From the IMG/VR virus record IMGVR_UViG_2718218168_000003: a stretch of DNA of 37,529 bases. The stretch is one strand, 5' to 3'. The translations under genes and the position numbers were made by a program. Shown one piece after another: positions 1 to 7,987 of the stretch. This DNA comes from a virus (Duplodnaviria; Heunggongvirae; Uroviricota; Caudoviricetes). Under the pieces are notes generated by a model. The model was not told where the DNA came from, did not search any database, and saw only the letters and a list, made by a program, of their open reading frames with translations. Every line of letters starts with the position of its first letter. Within the stretch, counting starts at the first letter, position 1.

Positions 1-900
1 TTAACGCAATAATGGACAATCTGGTGGTAATCGACAATGCAACGCCGCCGGAAGTATTTCAATATGAAAGTTTTGTCCGCTCAACGGTTCGCCATCAAGA
101 TTAAAAGTGATTTCGTGTGGGGCTTGTATATCAAACCACGACGAAGCGCCTTCGATAATATTCGGGTTATCTTCGTCAGATTTTAAGGTTGATACGAGAG
201 CCGGAAGAATTTCATCGCCGGTAAAAATGCGCAGTTGCAGCAAGCCATCGTTAATTAACGCGTTCGGACACAATTGCTGACCGCCACCGGCCTGACGCCC
301 GTTACCAATACCAATGACCAGGGCGTCACCTTGCCAGTGAAAGTTTTCACCGCGGATTTCACAACGGTCCGGTTGCAGAGTATCCATGCGCATTAAGCCA
401 TGAATGATGTAAGAGACGCCACCCAGCGCGGCTTTTAATTTTTCCGGCGTTTCTGTGGTAATACGCGTCCCAAATCCGCCTGTCGCCATATTAATAAAAC
501 AGGTTTGTTTGTTGACCTGCGCCATATCTATCGCAATGGCGTTACCGGCAATTGCCAGTTTCAGCGCCTTATCCAGTGCCTCAGGAATCCCTACACTGGT
601 GGCAAAATCATTGGCGGTTCCTAATGGCAAAATTCCCAGCGCGGGTATGTCATCCCCCTCACACTGAATCAACGCCGTAGAAACTTCATTAATGGTGCCA
701 TCGCCACCACCGGCAATCACCGTTGCGACGCCCAACTTCCGGGCCTCCTCTACATATCGTGCGGCATCGCCTTTCTCCCAGGTGACCCGCACATGGATCG
801 TCATTCCTTCCTCACGCAACAGCATAATTGCTTCGCGCAAGGGTAGATTGTCAGTACTTTTGCCATTAAGAATCAGTAAGCTGGCGGGAAATTCTGCCAT
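1..900 (-). CDS. yegS: Lipid kinase YegS (diacylglycerol kinase catalytic domain family); complete 299 aa
   Basis: Full-length ORF with GGGDGT nucleotide-binding motif; sequence recalled as E. coli YegS; stop at 1..3, start at 898..900. Confidence 0.85.
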   Translation of the reverse strand: MAEFPASLLILNGKSTDNLPLREAIMLLREEGMTIHVRVTWEKGDAARYVEEARKLGVATVIAGGGDGTINEVSTALIQCEGDDIPALGILPLGTANDFATSVGIPEALDKALKLAIAGNAIAIDMAQVNKQTCFINMATGGFGTRITTETPEKLKAALGGVSYIIHGLMRMDTLQPDRCEIRGENFHWQGDALVIGIGNGRQAGGGQQLCPNALINDGLLQLRIFTGDEILPALVSTLKSDEDNPNIIEGASSWFDIQAPHEITFNLDGEPLSGQNFHIEILPAALHCRLPPDCPLLR

Positions 901-1314
901 GATCGTATGTGCCTTTATGATTGGTCTGTAGATAGTGTAGAGCAGAAAACAAAAGGTGGAGTCAGAACAGGATGAAAGTCGGAGGATAAAAAGTCAGTTC
1001 AAGTATGGAGGATTCAGTGGTTACCACCAGGAGCTTGCAATGGGGACAGCGAATACTAACGGCTGCCACCGATAAATTTCAAAAAAGAGCATATGCCTAA
1101 TATTCAACCAAACAGTGGCATCTTAAATATACTATTCCAAATATATTAAAGCCCCCATGGAGTTACCCTGAAGGGCCTCAATGTCCGTAATTCCTACTTA
1201 TGTAGGAAATGTTGTACAGAACATTTATTATAATCCTATTCAATTATAATAATCATGCCATTATTATATTTAAACACTAGAGAGTGTCGTTGGTATTTAA
1301 TGGGGGAAGGTGAG

Positions 1315-1632
1315 ATGAAAAAGATAGCTGCTATATCATTAATTAGTATTTTTATTATGTCTGGTTGTGCTGTGCATAATGATGAGACAAGTATCGGTAA
1401 ATTTGGTCTTGCATATAAAAGTAATATTCAGCGTAAACTCGATAACCAATACTACACCGAAGCCGAAGCTTCTTTAGCCAGGGGCAGAATATCTGGTGCA
1501 GAAAATATAGTAAAAAATGATGCAGCCCATTTCTGTGTTACTCAGGGCAAAAAAATGCAGATAGTTGACCTGAAGACAGAAGGTGCAGGATTACATGGCG
1601 TCGCTCGTCTGACATTCAAATGTGGAGAGTGA
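1315..1632 (+). CDS. yegR: Small putative lipoprotein YegR (about 105 aa)
   Basis: In-frame ATG at 1315 preceded by GGAAGGTGAG Shine-Dalgarno; N-terminal hydrophobic signal ending in lipobox-like MSGC; matches recalled E. coli YegR; the upstream ATG at 1255 lacks an RBS. Confidence 0.7.
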   Translation: MKKIAAISLISIFIMSGCAVHNDETSIGKFGLAYKSNIQRKLDNQYYTEAEASLARGRISGAENIVKNDAAHFCVTQGKKMQIVDLKTEGAGLHGVARLTFKCGE

Positions 1633-1695
1633 GAATATTTTTTGGTAAGCGTCAAACATGCGCGTTCTGGTTGTGCTTAGCCGGAACCTGTGCGA

Positions 1696-1735
1696 GCACG
1701 ATGCCGTTACGTGAAAGGCATCGTGCTATGAAGGG
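1696..1735. repeat. Inverted repeat (11-bp stem AGCACGATGCC / GGCATCGTGCT, 11-nt loop) with no following U-tract
   Basis: Perfect dyad read directly from the sequence between yegR and attL. Confidence 0.4.
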
Positions 1736-1790
1736 AGATTCTATCGATGTGGTCAATGGAAGACGGTGACCAGGGATAGGGCTTATGCAT

Positions 1791-1817
1791 AAAAAATAAG
1801 CCCGTGTAAGGGAGATT
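1791..1817. repeat. attL core, 27 bp AAAAAATAAGCCCGTGTAAGGGAGATT (P2 att core)
   Basis: Exact direct repeat of 35997..36023; lies immediately outside int. Confidence 0.85.
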
Positions 1818-1896
1818 TAGGGTGTCACCAGTAGGGGCTTTCAACGGTACAATGCGGGTTTGAGCGGCATAAATTACCACTGAAAGCCCTTAAACG

Positions 1897-2910
1897 TTAC
1901 TCTACTGTGGACACTGTGTGGACACTCTCGACCTCAGTACCACCTCTTAGCGGATTAAGAGAAATGGCGTCCTGAAGGTACTCTGGCGCAAAATGAGCGT
2001 AAACCATAGTTTGCTCAATCCGCGTGTGACCTAGTATCCGTTGTAGCGTGATAATACTTCCTCCATTAATCATGAAATGAGTGGCAAAGCTGTGCCTTAG
2101 TGCATGTGTAGCTTGCCCCATTGGCAAATCCGGTTTTATTGCTTTCATTGTTCGTCTGAAGCGAGGGTAATCAGCATCAGGGAATAAAAAACCTCGTTTG
2201 TTATCCGCGATCATTTTGGCAACAGCCTCTGAGATCGGGACGGTGCGTGGTTTGTTTGTTTTCGTTTTAACAAACGTGACGCGGTTATGGATGATATTTT
2301 CTGCTTTCAAACGAGCTGCTTCTCCCCAACGTGCTCCAGTACTCAGGCAAAGAATCGCAATCTTTTTGTTGTCGCCGTCAAGAGCAGCAAGCAGTAAGGC
2401 AATTTCTTCCTGCGTGAGATAGCCTGTGTCTGGTTTTTCCTCCTTAAGCCTTTTTGTCCCTCTGATAGGGTGCTCACCAAAGAATAACTCCGCTTCAATC
2501 AGGGCTGTAAACATGCCGCTAATACATGTTAAATCACGATTGATACTCGAAGGTTTAATACCCTGACTTCTTCGGGTGGCGCAGTACTGGCTGATAAGCG
2601 ATTTCGTAATTTGAAATGCGCATGGGTCATTCGTTATTTTTGTGAAGATTTCAATTTTCCCAAGATTAGATTTCCCATGCTCTTCGTGTTTACCCTTTAA
2701 ATCCCACCAGATCTGTGTCAGCTCCGACAGACGTCGCTTGTCTGTTGGTTTTGATAGCCATTCTTTATTGTGGTGGTTGTACAACGTGTATTTCTCGAAA
2801 GCGACAGCTTCGCTTTTCTTATCAAACTTCCTACGGATGCGTTTTCCATTACGTCCAGTAGGGCGGATGTCCACTTCATATCGACCATCATCGAGTTTTT
2901 TGATTGCCAT
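1897..2910 (-). CDS. int: P2-type tyrosine integrase (337 aa)
   Basis: Full ORF; C-terminal HxLRHxxAT...Y tyrosine-recombinase signature (ALRHSFATHF, MVYAHF); adjacent to attL; recalled as P2 Int. Confidence 0.93.
   Translation of the reverse strand: MAIKKLDDGRYEVDIRPTGRNGKRIRRKFDKKSEAVAFEKYTLYNHHNKEWLSKPTDKRRLSELTQIWWDLKGKHEEHGKSNLGKIEIFTKITNDPCAFQITKSLISQYCATRRSQGIKPSSINRDLTCISGMFTALIEAELFFGEHPIRGTKRLKEEKPDTGYLTQEEIALLLAALDGDNKKIAILCLSTGARWGEAARLKAENIIHNRVTFVKTKTNKPRTVPISEAVAKMIADNKRGFLFPDADYPRFRRTMKAIKPDLPMGQATHALRHSFATHFMINGGSIITLQRILGHTRIEQTMVYAHFAPEYLQDAISLNPLRGGTEVESVHTVSTVE
1906..1926. promoter_or_regulatory. Two direct TGTGGACACT repeats (1906..1915, 1917..1926), candidate Int arm-type binding sites of the attP P-prime arm, overlapping the int 3-prime end
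   Basis: Direct repeats seen in sequence; a similar TGTGGAC motif occurs in the opposite arm at 35949..35956. Confidence 0.4.
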
Positions 2911-3025
2911 CAGAAAACCCTCCGAGTGGTGTGTTTTTTTGCGACTACTAATCGCTTTTTTCGTGGTGGCTGAAATTTAGCCACCAATAGTAGGCACTTG
3001 TGATGAATATATTCACGATGAATTG

Positions 3026-3325
3026 TTAACCAGTCTTTTGACCGGAGTGGGGCGACGTTGTTTCGTTTTGCCCAAAGTGTGCGAGAGCGGGCGCAATTTG
3101 CCCGGACTCAGGAGCGATCTGATTGGTCATGAACCATAAAGTGTATTTGGTGAATTGTGGGGTCTGCAGGATGTTCATCATGACATCTGTTGGAGGTGTT
3201 GAACGACCACTTTCATAGTAACTCAGCGTGCCATACGGAACCCCTGTTAAATCAGCAAGTTGTTGTCTGCTCAAATACTCTGATTTTCGCATTAAGACTA
3301 TCTTCTCGCTTATCGTGTTTGACAT
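3026..3325 (-). CDS. C: P2 immunity repressor C (99 aa, HTH)
   Basis: 99-aa ORF divergent from cox; HTH-like segment LSRQQLADLTGVPYGTLSYYE; recalled as P2 C. Confidence 0.9.
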   Translation of the reverse strand: MSNTISEKIVLMRKSEYLSRQQLADLTGVPYGTLSYYESGRSTPPTDVMMNILQTPQFTKYTLWFMTNQIAPESGQIAPALAHFGQNETTSPHSGQKTG

Positions 3326-3439
3326 GGTGTTTAGATCTCAATAGTATTTAGTTTAGATGTAGATTGTTTAGTGCTTGGATGTGGGCACTAAAAGGCATTA
3401 TAAGACATTAAACGCAATTCATGAGGGCTAGAGGACGAC
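3326..3439. promoter_or_regulatory. Early control region with Pe/Pc promoters and C-repressor operator; direct repeats GTTTAGAT at 3329 and 3351 (22-bp spacing) flanking a TAGTAT -10-like element
   Basis: Direct repeats and position between divergent C and cox; matches the known P2 operator layout of two direct repeats flanking the Pe -10. Confidence 0.55.
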
Positions 3440-3715
3440 ATGAGCAAGCAAGTAACACTCATGACTGATGCGATTCCTTATCAGGAGTTCGCAAAACTAA
3501 TAGGAAAATCGACAGGAGCGGTTCGTCGGATGATCGATAAAGGAAAGCTGCCTGTAATTGATATGACCGATCCACAATCAGCTTCAGGTCGTGCAGGTGA
3601 ATATTGGGTATACCTTCCGGCATGGAATAACGGACTAAAACTGGCTTATGAAAGCCGCCCTAAAGAGATTCGTGACGGCTGGTTGATGTGGTTAGGTCTC
3701 GGTGAACCACGTTAA
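3440..3715 (+). CDS. cox: P2 Cox (excisionase / Pc repressor, 91 aa)
   Basis: Full ORF in the canonical position; recalled as P2 Cox. Confidence 0.9.
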   Translation: MSKQVTLMTDAIPYQEFAKLIGKSTGAVRRMIDKGKLPVIDMTDPQSASGRAGEYWVYLPAWNNGLKLAYESRPKEIRDGWLMWLGLGEPR

Positions 3716-3725
3716 GGAGAACCGT

Positions 3726-3896
3726 ATGAATGAGCCTCGTTGTATTGCTCAGTTACTGCGTAACGAAAGCCCCAGGGCGATTGACTTCACCATCACCCAC
3801 GGTAAGGGGCGTAAGGGAATCATTATCCGCACCAAAAAACAGAGTCCGTTAAAAAAGGCTCTGACCTTTCTGAAAAGCCGGAGGGTATGGAAATGA
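3726..3896 (+). CDS. Small hypothetical early protein (P2 orf78-like position)
   Basis: ORF with AGGAG RBS before the ATG at 3726; located between cox and B; start uncertain (alternative ATG at 3702). Confidence 0.45.
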   Translation: MNEPRCIAQLLRNESPRAIDFTITHGKGRKGIIIRTKKQSPLKKALTFLKSRRVWK

Positions 3897-4393
3897 CAGT
3901 GATGACGCTCAATCTCGTTGAAAAACAGCCAGCAGCTATGCGCCGGATAATTGGCAAGCATCTTGCCGTCCCTCGCTGGCAGGATACATGTGATTATTAT
4001 AATCAGATGATGGAGCGCGAACGGCTAACGGTTTGCTTTCATGCACAGTTAAAACAGCGTCACGCAACGATGCGTTTTGAAGAAATGAACGACGTCGAAC
4101 GTGAACGGCTGGTTTGTGCAATTGATGAATTGCGTGGGGCATTCTCAAAACGCCGTCAGGTCGGTGCAAGTGAGTATGCATATATTAGTTTTTTAACAGT
4201 CAGCCAGCGACGTACTTTATTTATGCACGCACGACTGACAGAAAAAGAATTCAACCAGCCGTACTGGCGAATTAATGAAGAATCATGTTACTGGCGTGAT
4301 GCTTTATTCCGTGCATTAAGTGAATTATTCAGTCTGTTTGAGTATGCACCGACAATTCTGACGTCGGTAAAACCAGAGCAATATCTGCATTAA
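3887..4393 (+). CDS. B: P2 replication protein B (helicase loader)
   Basis: 168-aa ORF in the canonical position after cox; recalled as P2 B. Confidence 0.85.
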   Translation: MEMTVMTLNLVEKQPAAMRRIIGKHLAVPRWQDTCDYYNQMMERERLTVCFHAQLKQRHATMRFEEMNDVERERLVCAIDELRGAFSKRRQVGASEYAYISFLTVSQRRTLFMHARLTEKEFNQPYWRINEESCYWRDALFRALSELFSLFEYAPTILTSVKPEQYLH

Positions 4394-4456
4394 ATAATTA
4401 ACCAGAGTTTTTAACGCACTTAATCGTGCGGGGCTTCTTTTTGCCAGGAGAAAGTC

Positions 4457-4681
4457 ATGCATACAGTTTCTGAAAATCAGTGCGGTAAATACGCATTACT
4501 GCTGCAACAGGCCAGAACCGAAGCACAGGCCGACGCTGCGACGCGCTTTTCTTCTCATCTTGACGCCATGATTCGCCATATCACAAAGGCGGAGTTATCC
4601 CGCGTGGAGATAGTCGAGCTGCTCAGTCAGGAGTCGGAAAAATTTCACAATATCGGATTGTCTCGCGGGGAGGTGCTTTGA
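4457..4681 (+). CDS. Hypothetical early protein (P2 orf80-like)
   Basis: ORF in the B-to-A early operon; translationally coupled to the next ORF. Confidence 0.6.
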   Translation: MHTVSENQCGKYALLLQQARTEAQADAATRFSSHLDAMIRHITKAELSRVEIVELLSQESEKFHNIGLSRGEVL

Positions 4682-4983
4682 TGTCCTGTTCTCATTCAGT
4701 TGTATTACTGAATAACGCCTTAAAAATCGCCGTTATGGAAAATGGTGATTTATCTCTTATTCAACTTTGTCTTGATAAAGAAAAACGCGACATAACTGAA
4801 TCTGTTATCGCGATTTATCAGAATGAATTAAACCTCCTGTCTGATGTGGTCAATTTACTTGTTAAACGCGCTGTATTCCACAAGCAAATTTCCTCCGTGG
4901 ATGAACTGACAAAATTAACGACAGAAATCGTCAGCTATTGCGCTGATGAATTTAAGAAACTGAACGACAAAAGGAACTGGTAA
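4678..4983 (+). CDS. Hypothetical early protein (P2 orf81-like)
   Basis: ORF with ATGA overlap to its upstream neighbour; canonical position. Confidence 0.6.
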   Translation: MMSCSHSVVLLNNALKIAVMENGDLSLIQLCLDKEKRDITESVIAIYQNELNLLSDVVNLLVKRAVFHKQISSVDELTKLTTEIVSYCADEFKKLNDKRNW

Positions 4984-5207
4984 TGCCGGACAACGTAGAT
5001 TTCATTCAGGAACAACAGGCTGAATTACTGGAGCGCCAGATTAACGCGGCAAGGGTAAAACATTGCGGTGTTTCTGCGCTGGTTTGCGAAGAGTGTGACG
5101 TGCCAATACCTGCTGCCCGTCGTGCGGCTTATCCGTCAGCCACGCGTTGTGTTTCCTGTCAGTCAGTCTTTGAAGCAAAAAACAAACATTACCGGAGAAC
5201 GGCATGA
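4983..5207 (+). CDS. TraR/DksA-type C4 zinc-finger protein (P2 orf82-like)
   Basis: CxxC...CxxC motif (CEECD ... CVSCQ) in a 74-aa ORF. Confidence 0.7.
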   Translation: MPDNVDFIQEQQAELLERQINAARVKHCGVSALVCEECDVPIPAARRAAYPSATRCVSCQSVFEAKNKHYRRTA

Positions 5208-5479
5208 GTATTCGTATTGAAATTGGCGAACGTTATGTCGTTACCAGTGACAGCTTTCAGTTTATTCTCCACGAGAAAAAGAGAGCGGAAAGCGGTAAAA
5301 ACGCCGGTCAGGAATGGCTGTCGGTGGTTGGTTATTACCCGAAATTAAGCCAGCTCGTTTCCGGCATGATGCATCACGATATTCTGACCGGAAGCGCAAA
5401 GTCTTTTGCTGATTTAAACGCGCAGGTTGAGCAACTCAGCAAGCGTTGTTCAGAGGCTTTTGGCTCATATGGCCGTTAA
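5204..5479 (+). CDS. Hypothetical early protein (P2 orf83-like)
   Basis: ORF overlapping the start of A; canonical position. Confidence 0.55.
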   Translation: MSIRIEIGERYVVTSDSFQFILHEKKRAESGKNAGQEWLSVVGYYPKLSQLVSGMMHHDILTGSAKSFADLNAQVEQLSKRCSEAFGSYGR

Positions 5480-7748
5480 AGCCTCCGGGCGTTTTGTCCC
5501 TCCATCAGCATTTGCCGCAGGCACCGGTAAGGCGTTTACCGGTGCTTATGCATGGAACGCGCCACGCGAGGCTGTCGGGCGCGAAAGACCCCTTACACGT
5601 GACGAGATGCGTCAGGTGCAAGGTGTTTTATCCACGATTAACCGCCTGCCTTACTTTTTGCGCTCGCTGTTTACTTCACGCTATGACTACATCCGGCGCA
5701 ATAAAAGCCCGGTGCACGGGTTTTATTTCCTCACATCCACTTTTCAGCGTCGTTTATGGCCGCGCATTGAGCGCGTGAATCAGCGCCATGAAATGAACAC
5801 CGACGCGTCGTTGCTGTTTCTGGCAGAGCGTGACCATTATGCGCGTCTGCCGGGGATGAATGACAAGGAACTGAAAAAGTTTGCCGCCCGTATCTCATCG
5901 CAGCTTTTCATGATGTATGAGGAACTCTGCGATGCATGGGTTGATGCACATGGCGAGAAAGAATCGCTGTTTACGGATGAGGCTCAGGCGCATCTGTATG
6001 GTCATGTTGCTGGCGCTGCACGAGCTTTCAATATTTCCCCTCTCTACTGGAAAAAATACCGTAAAGGACAGATGACCACGAGGCAGGCATATTCTGCCAT
6101 TGCCCGTCTGTTTAACGATGAGTGGTGGACTCATCAGCTTAAAGGTCAGCGTATGCGCTGGCATGAGGCGTTACTGATTGCTGTCGGGGAGGTGAATAAA
6201 GACCGTTCTCCTTATGCCAGTAAACATGCCATTCGTGATGTGCGTGCGCGCCGCCAGGCAAATCTGGAATTTCTTAAATCGTGTGACCTTGAAAACAGGG
6301 AAACCGGCGAGCGCATCGACCTTATCAGTAAGGTGATGGGAAGTATTTCTAATCCTGAAATTCGCCGGATGGAGCTGATGAACACCATTGCCGGTATTGA
6401 GCGTTACGCCGCCGCAGAGGGTGATGTGGGGATGTTTATCACGCTGACCGCGCCGTCAAAGTATCACCCGACACGTCAGGTCGGAAAAGGCGAAAGTAAA
6501 ACCGTCCAGCTAAATCACGGCTGGAACGATGAGGCATTTAATCCAAAGGATGCGCAGCGTTATCTCTGCCGCATCTGGAGCCTGATGCGCACGGCATTCA
6601 AGGATAATGATTTACAGGTCTACGGTTTGCGTGTCGTCGAGCCACACCACGACGGAACGCCGCACTGGCATATGATGCTTTTTTGTAATCCACGTCAGCG
6701 TAACCAGATTATCGAAACCATGCGTCGCTACGCGCTCAAAGAGGATGGCGACGAAAGAGGAGCCGAGCGAAACCGTTTTCAGGCGAAACACCTTAACCGG
6801 GGCGGTGCTGCGGGGTATATCGCGAAATACATTTCAAAAAATATCGACGGCTATGCACTGGATGGTCAGCTCGATAACGATACCGGCAGACCTCTGAAAG
6901 ATACTGCCGCGGCTGTTACTGCATGGGCGTCAACGTGGCGCATCCCGCAATTTAAAACGGTTGGTCTGCCGACAATGGGGGCTTACCGTGAACTACGCAA
7001 ATTGCCTCGCGGCGTCAGCATTGCTGATGAGTTTGACGAACGCGTCGAGGCTGCACGCGCTGCCGCAGACAGTGGCGATTTTGCGTTGTATATCAGTGCG
7101 CAGGGTGGGTCAAATGTTCCGCGCGATTGCCAGACCGTCAGAGTCGCCCGTAGCCCGTCGGATGAAGTTAACGAGTACGAGGAAGAAGTCGAGAGAGTGG
7201 TCGGCATTTACGCGCCGCATCTCGGCGCGCGTCATATTCATATCACCAGAACGACGGACTGGCGCATTGTTCCGAAAGTTCCGGTCGTGGAGCCTTTAAC
7301 TTTAAAAAGCGGCATCGCCGCGCCTCGGAGTCCTGTCAATAACTGTGGAAAGCTCACCGGTGGTGATACTTCGTTACCGGCTCCCACACCTTCTGAGCAC
7401 GCAGCAGCAGTGCTTAATCTGGTTGATGACGGTGTTATCGAATGGAATGACCCGGAGGTCGTGAGGGCGCTCAGGGGCGCATTAAAACACGACCGGAGAA
7501 CGCCAAACCGTCAGCAAAGAAACGGAAGCCCGTTAAAACCACATGAAATTGCACCATCGGCCAGACTGACCCGGTCTGAACGATTGCAAATCACCCGTAT
7601 CCGTGTTGACCTTGCTCAAAACGGTATCAGGCCGCAGCGATGGGAGCTTGAGGCGTTAGTACGCGGTGCGATCGTCAATTACAATGAAAAGCAATTTTCA
7701 TATCCTAGTGTAGATGAGTGGAGTGGGTTTTCTGGTTATTCAGAGTAA
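5469..7748 (+). CDS. A: P2 replication initiation protein A (rolling-circle nicking endonuclease), about 759 aa
   Basis: Long ORF; chosen start MAVKASGRF at 5469 matches the recalled P2 gpA N-terminus; HxH-type motif (PHWHMMLF) and catalytic-tyrosine region (YIAKYISK). Confidence 0.9.
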   Translation: MAVKASGRFVPPSAFAAGTGKAFTGAYAWNAPREAVGRERPLTRDEMRQVQGVLSTINRLPYFLRSLFTSRYDYIRRNKSPVHGFYFLTSTFQRRLWPRIERVNQRHEMNTDASLLFLAERDHYARLPGMNDKELKKFAARISSQLFMMYEELCDAWVDAHGEKESLFTDEAQAHLYGHVAGAARAFNISPLYWKKYRKGQMTTRQAYSAIARLFNDEWWTHQLKGQRMRWHEALLIAVGEVNKDRSPYASKHAIRDVRARRQANLEFLKSCDLENRETGERIDLISKVMGSISNPEIRRMELMNTIAGIERYAAAEGDVGMFITLTAPSKYHPTRQVGKGESKTVQLNHGWNDEAFNPKDAQRYLCRIWSLMRTAFKDNDLQVYGLRVVEPHHDGTPHWHMMLFCNPRQRNQIIETMRRYALKEDGDERGAERNRFQAKHLNRGGAAGYIAKYISKNIDGYALDGQLDNDTGRPLKDTAAAVTAWASTWRIPQFKTVGLPTMGAYRELRKLPRGVSIADEFDERVEAARAAADSGDFALYISAQGGSNVPRDCQTVRVARSPSDEVNEYEEEVERVVGIYAPHLGARHIHITRTTDWRIVPKVPVVEPLTLKSGIAAPRSPVNNCGKLTGGDTSLPAPTPSEHAAAVLNLVDDGVIEWNDPEVVRALRGALKHDRRTPNRQQRNGSPLKPHEIAPSARLTRSERLQITRIRVDLAQNGIRPQRWELEALVRGAIVNYNEKQFSYPSVDEWSGFSGYSE

Positions 7749-7953
7749 TAAACATAATGTTTTAGATTGGTTGCATAATGGTAAGGTTGCTGTTTATCTG
7801 TATATGTTAATATGATTACGCTACGTACAAATAATCGACATTTCTTTTTTTCTATATATTAATATTGATGATTTTACTGGTGGTACAATAAGTCTATGTT
7901 GAAATTCGAGAATTGTATTATTAACAATAAAAACTGGTTCTTTTTATTATACA

Positions 7954-7982
7954 AGGACCACCTCCTTAGGAGGTGGTCTTTT
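7954..7982 (+). terminator. Rho-independent terminator (stem GACCACCTCC / GGAGGTGGTC, loop TTA, then TTTT) closing the early operon; also lies just 3-prime of the convergent cargo gene
   Basis: Perfect 10-bp hairpin plus T-run seen in sequence. Confidence 0.6.
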
Positions 7983-7987
7983 ACTGT

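Noticed and set aside
455-931. Plus-strand ORFs 455..667 and 692..931 inside yegS
   Set aside because: Antisense to a complete, well-conserved host gene; no RBS.
1791-1817. Possibility that the att core lies within a tRNA gene
   Set aside because: No cloverleaf or tRNA-like sequence surrounds either core copy; the core instead matches the 3-prime end of the sRNA gene cyaR.
5427-5468. Upstream extension of gene A from the ATG at 5427 (MSNSASVVQRLLAH...)
   Set aside because: The recalled P2 gpA N-terminus begins at MAVKASGRF (5469); the extension overlaps the upstream ORF without a separate RBS.
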